DNA of 15,210 bases from Octopus sinensis (taxonomy: Eukaryota), in assembly GCF_006345805.1 (NCBI RefSeq), contig NW_021825532.1, positions 1 through 15,210 on the forward strand. The letters run 5' to 3'. Shown here one piece after another: positions 8,086-15,210 of the stretch. The number at the start of each line of letters is the position of its first letter. Positions within the stretch are counted from its first letter, which is position 1. The position numbers and the translations under genes were made by a program. The notes under the pieces are model-generated. The model saw only the letters and a program-made list of their open reading frames with translations, did not search any database and was not told the origin of the DNA.

Positions 8086-8704
8086 ATCATAATGTCGTGC
8101 ATTCGACCGGTAAATAATAAATCCGAGTGCAACTGCAACGCTGTTTATTCGTTCATTTCTGGCGACCGAGCGGTGATGTTCGCGTAGGATCGAACACGCA
8201 CAGCCTGCCGTCGAAGTGACGGAGACATAAGACCATAGGTGTGTGGTTTCAGAGAGATTTAAATCCGCGTACCGAACGTTTGTTGAAGATCGAGAAAGCC
8301 AGATAGAAAACGATCTATTCAATTCACTCCTGTTATTTATCATCTCTCTAATGCAGTATATATCTCGGTAGATCCAGCTAAGAAGTTTAATAAAAAAAAA
8401 AAAAACCAATTACACAATGAAAACTAAAAACATACAAACACAGGAAGTGTTCAGTGCCCCAACATGTAAACCTCAATATGATAAATACTTATAATGATGT
8501 ACGTTGTTTATCAAAACTGTCAAAGTAAGTCAAGAAAATAGCGCCTCTTCAATCAATGCTAACTCGTTGTTTGCATGTAAATACAAACAGGGTGAAATCT
8601 CTGGTTGGATTTCAATGTCCGGTCTCTTTTCCCTATCATCAGACTGTCATAACGTTGCTTCTCTTTCTTCACTCTTTTTGTTTCTTTCTTTGTCTTCATT
8701 CGTC

Positions 8705-8711
8705 ATGTGCG

Positions 8712-8745
<34 letters not shown>

Positions 8746-8807
8746 TGTATATATATATTTATATATATATACATATATATGTACATGTACTTATATATAT
8801 TTATATA

Positions 8808-8844
<37 letters not shown>

Positions 8845-9089
8845 GTATGTGACTGCATACATATGTGTGAACTTTTTTTCTTTAAGATTTGTCTTTGTTG
8901 TATATATGTGTCTGTTTGTGTGGCCATATACATGTTTCTGTATGAGTATGTCCTGTGTTAATACACATAATACATTTACATTTGCTTATATATCTACATG
9001 GATGTGTGTATGTGTGGGTATATATATATAAACATATATATACATATATATATATATTATATATATATATATACACCACACACACACAC

Positions 9090-9141
<52 letters not shown>

Positions 9142-9154
9142 ATGTATATATATG

Positions 9155-9212
<58 letters not shown>

Positions 9213-9230
9213 TATACACACATATATATA
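8705..9230. repeat. Compound (TA)n/(TATG)n/(CA)n microsatellite field
   Basis: Direct reading. Confidence 0.92.
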
Positions 9231-9263
9231 CTTTATTTAAAGCAGCAGAAAATTCAACAAAAC

Positions 9264-9301
9264 CTGTTACTCTGAGTTTCACGTTCCCGTTCGTCGAACA
9301 G
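9264..9301 (-). ncRNA. Minimal hammerhead-like motif (left arm)
   Basis: Minus strand: CTGT-TCGACGA-ACG(GGAA)CGT-GAAAC-TCAGA-GTA-ACAG. Stems I, II and III all pair; the core has TCGACGA instead of CTGANGA. Confidence 0.6.
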
Positions 9302-9313
9302 TTTCTAGCAAAA

Positions 9314-9351
9314 CTGTCCGACGAACGGCAACGTGACACTCGGAGTAACAG
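9314..9351 (+). ncRNA. Minimal hammerhead-like motif (right arm, more mutated)
   Basis: CTGT-CCGACGA-ACG(GCAA)CGT-GACAC-TCGGA-GTA-ACAG. The core has CCGACGA and GACA instead of CTGANGA and GAAA. Confidence 0.5.
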
Positions 9352-9457
9352 ATTTTGTTGAATTTTCTACTGCTTTAAATAAAGCATATTACTCTACCAC
9401 TGGTATTTGAGTACTCTTTTTTCCACCTTGTTTCACATTTATGTGTTTACTCCGGTA

Positions 9458-9505
9458 TACATATATATATTATATATAGATATATATATATATATATATA
9501 TTATA

Positions 9506-9553
<48 letters not shown>

Positions 9554-9565
9554 ATATACATATAT
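9458..9565. repeat. (TA)n microsatellite
   Basis: Direct reading. Confidence 0.95.
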
Positions 9566-9844
9566 CGGTGTGCTCTTTTTGTTTAGTTGGTCTCAGTATG
9601 GGGGAGTTAGGGGTGTGTGCATATATTTATGCTTATTATCGTGTCTCTTAAATATATATGCGTTTGTATATTCGTATGTATTTGTACAAATATGTAAGTG
9701 TTTGTGTGTGCATGTATGTATGCATATATGTACGTATGTATGTGTGCATGTATGTGTGCACATTTTCGTTTATAATTTTGTTTATTAATTTTTCTTTCTC
9801 TCATTTCCTCCATCTCTATCTAATTATAATCTATCTATCTCTCT

Positions 9845-10080
9845 TCATACACACACACATACATACATACATACAAACATACATAATGCATACATACACA
9901 CATACATAATACATACATACATACATACATACACCATACATAATGCATACATACATGCATACATACATGCATACATACATACATGCATACACACATGCAT
10001 ACACACATACATACATACATACATACATACATACATACATACATACATACATACATACATACGTCTACATACGCACACAT
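9845..10080. repeat. (CATA)n/(CATG) microsatellite
   Basis: Direct reading. Confidence 0.95.
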
Positions 10081-10381
10081 ATACTGTTAATAGAATTTAT
10101 GGTAATGTACCAAAACCCAAGGTTTCATGCTGACAAGTGTCAACAACAATGGCGGAGCGTCTTTTGTGATTTTAATTCTAACTGAATAAGTGCCAGCGTG
10201 AACTACCGAGCTCTAGAATATCAACATAAATTACATTTAAAAGAACTGTTTAACCAAGTTACCACTGTTATGTATACATTCTTCCAGTTCGTTACTAACG
10301 CTCGTGCGTGTGTGTGCGTATTTATAAATATTTATCCATGTAAGTAAATCTACCTATTAGTCTTTCTCTGTAGGAAATATA

Positions 10382-10633
10382 TTCTTTTATTCTTTTACTT
10401 GTTTCAGTCATTTGACTGCGGCCATGCTGGAGCACTGCCGTTAGTCGAGCAAATCGACCCCCAGGACTTATTCTTTGCAAGTCTAGTACTTATTCTGTCG
10501 GTCTCTTATGCCGAACCGCTAAATTACGGGGACGTAAACACACCAGCATCGGTTGTCAAGCGATGCTGGGAGGACAAACACAGACACGCATACACATGCA
10601 TGTATATACATATATACGACGGGCTTCTTTCAG
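10382..10633 (-). mobile_element. SINE family B: tail module, internal microsatellite and last ~20 bp of head
   Basis: The reverse complement aligns with 14070-14295 (gttcggca...accgatagaataagtactagac...agcatggccgcagtcaaatgactgaaacaag). tacgacgggcttctttcag (10615-10633) matches the head end at 13715-13733. Confidence 0.85.
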
Positions 10634-10634
10634 A

Positions 10635-10790
10635 AGTATATATATTTATATCTAACAATATATACATATGTATGTTTGCATATGAGTACGCATGTGTGTA
10701 TATATGCGTATGTGATTATGTATGCGTGTGTATGAGTGTGTATGCATGTGTATATGTGTGCATGCGTGTGCATAATCGTGCGTTGCATAC
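10635..10790. repeat. Degenerate (TA)/(TGTA) microsatellite
   Basis: Direct reading. Confidence 0.8.
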
Positions 10791-10829
10791 TTAATGAATA
10801 TTAAACAGGATTTTATTCTCAGACGAAGA

Positions 10830-10933
10830 TTACAGAGAGCTGGTCATTAACCCCCCACAACGCTCACCAATCTTAGTTCTTCATTAACGTATGCCTAAAC
10901 ATGTGTCTAGACAGACACCGGCACTTAAAAAGA
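10830..10933 (+). repeat. Unclassified ~105-bp dispersed repeat, copy 1
   Basis: Aligns with 12288-12394 (ttacagag.gctggtca.taacccc...gttcttcattaacgtatgcct.aacatgt.tc.aga.agaca..gcacttaaaaaga). Confidence 0.8.
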
Positions 10934-11726
10934 TTGATTTTGCCTGTCTCCTCTAATTATTAATAAACTAACTTTGTTTAACACGTTTGATTAATTCTAA
11001 TATATAACAACATTTATTTATTTATTGTCTTTGATTCTTTCTTCTCTGTTTTTGTTTTGTTTTTTTTGTTTTTTGGGTTTTTTTTTTTTCAATTTTGAAA
11101 ACAATTAAAAATAATGCATTTTACTTCGTTGATAATTTTTTTTCACAGCATGAATCGAATTAATTAGCGCTTCAAACGGTAATCATTTCCAAAACGGTTC
11201 GACCATTTAACCCCTGGGATACTTTCTGTCTTGCTTATGGTTTTGTTTTGTTTTATTAGTTTATTTTTCTTTGTTTTTTTTTTCTTTCCGCTGTTATTAC
11301 CGGTTTTGTTTTTCGAATTGTCCAACGTCTACGTTTTGTGGTTGCTTGGAAAAAAATTTTAAAGTAAATTAATAAAGATTTACCCTATGCTTTTTATTTC
11401 AAATTTCTTTAGGTTATCTGTTCCCCAGCAGGAAATATTATATTGTAAATGGAAGTTTAAAATTTGTATTAGACATTTTAATCACCAGCTCGAACAATAA
11501 ACAACGAAACAGCCTGTAAGACAGCGGTAGAAGATCATACATCTACCGCTGGCTGCGTGTACATGTTAAACATAATCTCAGTGAATTTATGAAATAGAAA
11601 ATAGCGGAAGCCATCAAACAAACGATATTTATAACAACAGTTCGTCGGAATTGTTTACTGAAGCTGTATCGATTAGTTCACAATTATACACTTCTGGTAA
11701 TCTTATAATCCTGTAATCTGGTAATC

Positions 11727-12160
11727 AGATGGCTAGGCAGTTAAGGAGCTCATTTTGCAACAACACGGTTTCAAGTTCGATCCCACTACGTGGCAACTTG
11801 GGTAACTATCTTCTACAGCATCCCGAGCTCACCAATGCCTTGTGAATGAATTTGTTAGACGAAAATTGTGCAGAAGCCCGTCGTATATATACATGTAAAT
11901 ATTGTGTTATGTCTGTATATGTGTGTGTACTATATGTACTATATATATATATATAATATATATAGATATATATATATATATATATATAATATATATATAT
12001 ATATTCTATATATATATATATCTACATATATATATATATGCATATATGTGTATATATAATATATATAATATATATATATATATTATATATATATATATAT
12101 TATATATATGCATGTGTGTATGTGTGTGTGCATGCGTATCTTTGTGTTTGACAGCCCCAT
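11727..12160 (+). mobile_element. Degraded SINE family B: head (11727-11888), (TA)n/(TG)n spacer and start of tail
   Basis: ggctaggcagttaaggagctc...caagttcgatcccactacgtggcaacttgggtaactatcttct...agaagcccgtcgtatat is the reverse complement of the heads at 13715-13876 and 14846-15006. The B-box-like sequence is GTTCGATCC. Confidence 0.75.
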
Positions 12161-12163
12161 CAT

Positions 12164-12201
12164 AAGCACGCTTGCTACCACATGGTTTAGAGTTCAGTCC
12201 C
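12164..12201 (+). mobile_element. Short SINE family B head fragment
   Basis: aagcacgcttgctaccacatggtttagagttcagtccc matches the reverse complement of 13815-13855. Confidence 0.5.
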
Positions 12202-12287
12202 GCTCCAATTTTCCGAGTTGAGAACTGCCTTGAAATTGAACTCCATCGCGAGAAAGTGTGCAAAAACATACCGTGTGTGTATATATA

Positions 12288-12394
12288 TTACAGAGTGCTG
12301 GTCACTAACCCCCAACAACCCTCAGCCTAAACCTTGGTTCTTCATTAACGTATGCCTGAACATGTATCCAGATAGACATCAGCACTTAAAAAGA
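12288..12394 (+). repeat. Unclassified ~105-bp dispersed repeat, copy 2
   Basis: See 10830-10933. Confidence 0.8.
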
Positions 12395-12402
12395 AGATAT
12401 AT

Positions 12403-12436
<34 letters not shown>

Positions 12437-12437
12437 T

Positions 12438-12597
12438 GAAGGAGCTTCTACGGGACTAGAACTGCTTCATTCAAATGAAATCATTTGAATGAAACAGTTC
12501 TAGTCCTGTAGAACTCCTTCTATAAAATAAATTAATTTACTCTGCTATGTATTGAGTACCTTATTTACTGTGGTTAACCCCGACTCAACCCGAGACC

Positions 12598-12600
<3 letters not shown>
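12438..12600 (+). mobile_element. Second palindromic mini-element in (TA)n: ~40-bp inverted arms plus 80-bp tail
   Basis: Arms 12438-12478 and 12481-12520 are reverse complements with 2 substitutions and 1 indel. The tail runs to 12600, with (TA)n on both sides. Confidence 0.8.
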
Positions 12601-12633
<33 letters not shown>

Positions 12634-12634
12634 T

Positions 12635-12667
<33 letters not shown>

Positions 12668-12760
12668 GAGAGATAGACAGAGAGAGAGAGACACAGAGAC
12701 ACAGAGAGACACAGAGAGAAAGAGAGAAAGAAAGAACGAAAGATATATATATATATATAT
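12601..12760. repeat. (TA)n-(TAGA)n-(GA)n compound microsatellite
   Basis: Direct reading. Confidence 0.92.
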
Positions 12761-13668
12761 AAGAATAAAAGCTTTTTAAACTTGTACTAAAGAAACTTTT
12801 TTCTAACTTTTAAGAATTAAAAATTGATATTTTAAATTTTTATATTTTGGTGTTTAAATTTTTTTAATTCATTTTTTTTAGCTACTTTTTTGGGTCATTT
12901 CAACAGATTTCTTCCAGTTCTCTGATCTAGAAGACGGAGAAGAACTAAATGAAAGAAATGGGAAGAAAAGAAAAAGAGAAAAGAAAGAAGTAGATAAAAG
13001 AAGAAAGGAGAAGAAGAGAGAAAAAATATTCCACTCTAAATTGAACACTCATTGCTATATTTCCTTTTCTTAATTGGCTTCCGTTCAAAAACTTTTCCTC
13101 CGTCTGCTCGTGCAAAATTTTACTCATATGACTTCAAATATCTTGTTTGACTGCCAGACTTTGATCACATGTAAGACGCTCGTTTTTTTCAAAACAATGT
13201 CTCCAAAATAAATCACCTGGGTTCCAGTATGCAAAGCTGTGACCCCTCTAAGCTAATTTTGTTCCTTACGTTCACTATAAAAGGTTAATTTTAATCCCGG
13301 CTGTCTTTTCTACATAGAATGACTCTATAACAATAATATTTACTTAAGCCTTATTACTGTAATTTCTACTGCATTTTGTAATGATCTGTGACGTACACGT
13401 AGAATGGTTTAAATATTACATGCGCTATAAACCTTTCTTCTGAATGTGTGCTGCTGAAATTGGGGTGCGTCTAACAACCCTGTGAGTCATTTACATCATC
13501 AAATATGGTAGGTTTTCTTTTAATGATATATTAACAAGTGGGTCAATACTGGCGAATTACATAGTCGCGATTTTGATTGGTCGTTCTTACAATTAGGATG
13601 TGCGGTTAAAAAGCTCAATGCAACAGTGTGGTTGCATCGTGTAGTGTCGTACATATATATATATATAT

Positions 13669-13714
<46 letters not shown>

Positions 13715-13716
<2 letters not shown>

Positions 13717-13876
13717 CGACAGGCTTCTTTCAATTTCCATCTACCAAAGCCACTCACAACGCTTTGGTCGGTCCGAGTCTCTAGTAGAAGACACGTGCCC
13801 AAGGTGCCACGCAGTGGGACTGAACCCAGAACCATGTGGTTGGTAAGCAAGTTACTTACCACATAGGCACTCCTGC
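13715..13876 (-). mobile_element. SINE family B head (tRNA-like plus CORE-like), no tail module
   Basis: Minus strand: GCAGGAGTGCCTATGTGGTAAG...GGTTCAGTCCCACTGCGTGGCACCTTGGGCACGTGTCTTCTAC...GAAAGAAGCCTGTCGTATATA. Flanked by (TA)n on both sides. Confidence 0.88.
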
Positions 13877-13957
<81 letters not shown>

Positions 13958-14295
13958 AAGTATATATGTATGTATATATTTATATATACACACATATATA
14001 CACATATGTGCGTGTGTGTATGTGTGTGTGTGTATGTGTGTGTGTGTGTGTGTGTGCATGCTTATATATGTGTCTGTTCCTTTGGTGTGTGTTTGTTCTT
14101 CCACCGCTTAACAAGGGGTAGTAGCTTGCTTACGACCTCAGAGCTTTAGACGTTCGGCAAAAACCAACCGATAGAGTAAGTACCAGACTTCAAAAATTCG
14201 TAAGCACTGAGGTACAATTTGTTTGCTAAAACCCTTCAAGGACTGCCCCAACATGGTCGCTTTCCAATGACTGAAACAAGCAAAGCAAAACAAAG
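13877..14295 (+). mobile_element. (TA)(TG)n spacer plus SINE family B tail module
   Basis: 14070-14295 aligns with the reverse complement of 10382-10590. Confidence 0.8.
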
Positions 14296-14715
14296 GAACG
14301 ACTAACAAGAAACGAGTGTTATACGTGTTCCCTTTATAAAATACCTCACATTCCAAACATAATGCTTTATAAAGAAGTTCTTCTTCACAGATTCTTTCAC
14401 AGATATGAATGCAATTTTTATTGCGCTCGCTCTTTGAACATCGTCGCTGTTTCTTCTAAAAGGATCCGTTGCTTATAAAAGAAAGCTGTAGTATCACGTC
14501 GACTGAAAAGCTTCCATTTTTAATAGCTCTCTGTATCAAAGTTATACGTATGTAATTTTAATTAAAATTTTCCTGGGTTTTGTTCTTTCGGATTTGTTTC
14601 TTCGTCAAGCAATCTTTTCATTGTATCAGAGAGTTATCTGTTATTAATGAAACGTTAATATATCATATCTAAAGATGCGAAGATGAGAATATTATAGCTC
14701 GAAGTTTCTATGATG

Positions 14716-14801
14716 ACACACTCGCACACACAGACACATACACACACACACGTCCATTAACACATACGTATACACACACATACACACACACACGTCCATT
14801 A

Positions 14802-14832
<31 letters not shown>

Positions 14833-14845
14833 TATAAATATACGC
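14716..14845. repeat. (CA)n with a 42-bp-period duplicated cgtccattaa unit
   Basis: cgtccattaa occurs at 14751-14760 and 14793-14802. Confidence 0.85.
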
Positions 14846-15006
14846 ACAGGGTTCTTTCAATTTCCGTTTACAAAATCCACTCACAACGCTTTTGTCAGCT
14901 TGAGGCTATAGTTGAAGACACTTGTCCAAGGTACTACGCAGTGGGACCGAACCTGGAAGCATGCGGTTGGAAAGCAAACTTCTTACTACACACCCACGCA
15001 TGTACC
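14846..15006 (-). mobile_element. SINE family B head, no tail module
   Basis: Colinear with 13715-13876. A 26-bp plus-strand head start (ataggcacaggcgtgggcatgtggta) follows at 15040-15065. Confidence 0.85.
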
Positions 15007-15072
15007 TATATATATATGTGTGTGAGTGTGTGTGTATGTATAGGCACAGGCGTGGGCATGTGGTATATATAT

Positions 15073-15210
15073 GGCGTGCTGGCAGAAGCGTTAGCACGCC
15101 GGGCGAAATATCTAGTCGTATTTCGTCTGTCGTTACGTTCCGAGTTCAAATTCCGCCGATGTCGACTTTGCCTTTCATCCTCTCGGGGTCGATAAATATA
15201 CTAGTTTCGC
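15073..15210 (+). mobile_element. tRNA-derived SINE family A, 5' part (runs off the window)
   Basis: A-box-like ggcgtgctggcagaagcgttagc, B-box gagttcaaattcc, and the central domain gtcgactttgcctttcatcctctcggggtcgataaat. Matches the reverse complement of 1600-1697. Confidence 0.9.

Larger units (their letters stand above)
9231..9457 (+). mobile_element. Palindromic (foldback) mini-element in (TA)n: 74-bp inverted arms plus 73-bp tail
   Basis: Arms 9231-9304 and 9311-9384 are reverse complements with 6 mismatches and a 6-nt spacer (ctagca). The unique tail runs to 9457, and there is (TA)n on both sides. Confidence 0.85.

Noticed and set aside
8165-8240. Possible tRNA gene on the minus strand (GTTCGATCC)
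   Set aside because: The T-stem needs a bulge, and no acceptor stem, D-arm or convincing A-box can be built.
12438-12520. Long hairpins (also 9231-9384) as microRNA genes or CRISPR-like repeats
   Set aside because: There is no repeat-spacer array. The very short loop at 12479-12480, the (TA)n flanks and the one-sided tails fit mobile foldback elements better than canonical pre-miRNAs.
13168-13480. taagacgc...ttttttt and ctgaaattggggtgcgtct motifs reminiscent of Tc2/pogo-type subterminal sequences
   Set aside because: These are only short degenerate matches recalled from memory, with no TIR pair or TA TSD visible. A Dfam/RepeatMasker search would be needed.

Overview
Repeat-saturated, AT-rich eukaryotic non-coding DNA (intergenic or intronic). 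It is most likely from an octopus, inferred from recognisable octopod-type SINE families and the extreme (TA)/(CA)/(TACA) microsatellite load. I find no supportable host protein-coding exon, tRNA or rRNA, and nearly all ORFs in the track are microsatellite translation artefacts. Supportable content: (1) a minus-strand Ty3/Gypsy remnant (integrase C-terminus, PPT, short LTR; ~1886-2515); (2) at least three tRNA-derived SINE families in many whole, partial and nested copies; (3) a Helentron/HINE-like element (~6308-6913) interrupted by a 207-bp retro-insert with a 17-bp TSD, whose 3' end matches a SINE 3' end; (4) a decayed Penelope-like element (linker plus GIY-YIG half, ~7076-8010) ending in a hammerhead-like motif; (5) two (TA)n-embedded palindromic mini-elements (9231-9457 and 12438-12600) with the same architecture and a shared 3' motif. 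The first of these consists of two inverted minimal hammerhead-like motifs. Items 4 and 5 together, a possible non-autonomous ribozyme-bearing foldback family related to Penelope pseudo-LTRs, are the most interesting signal.
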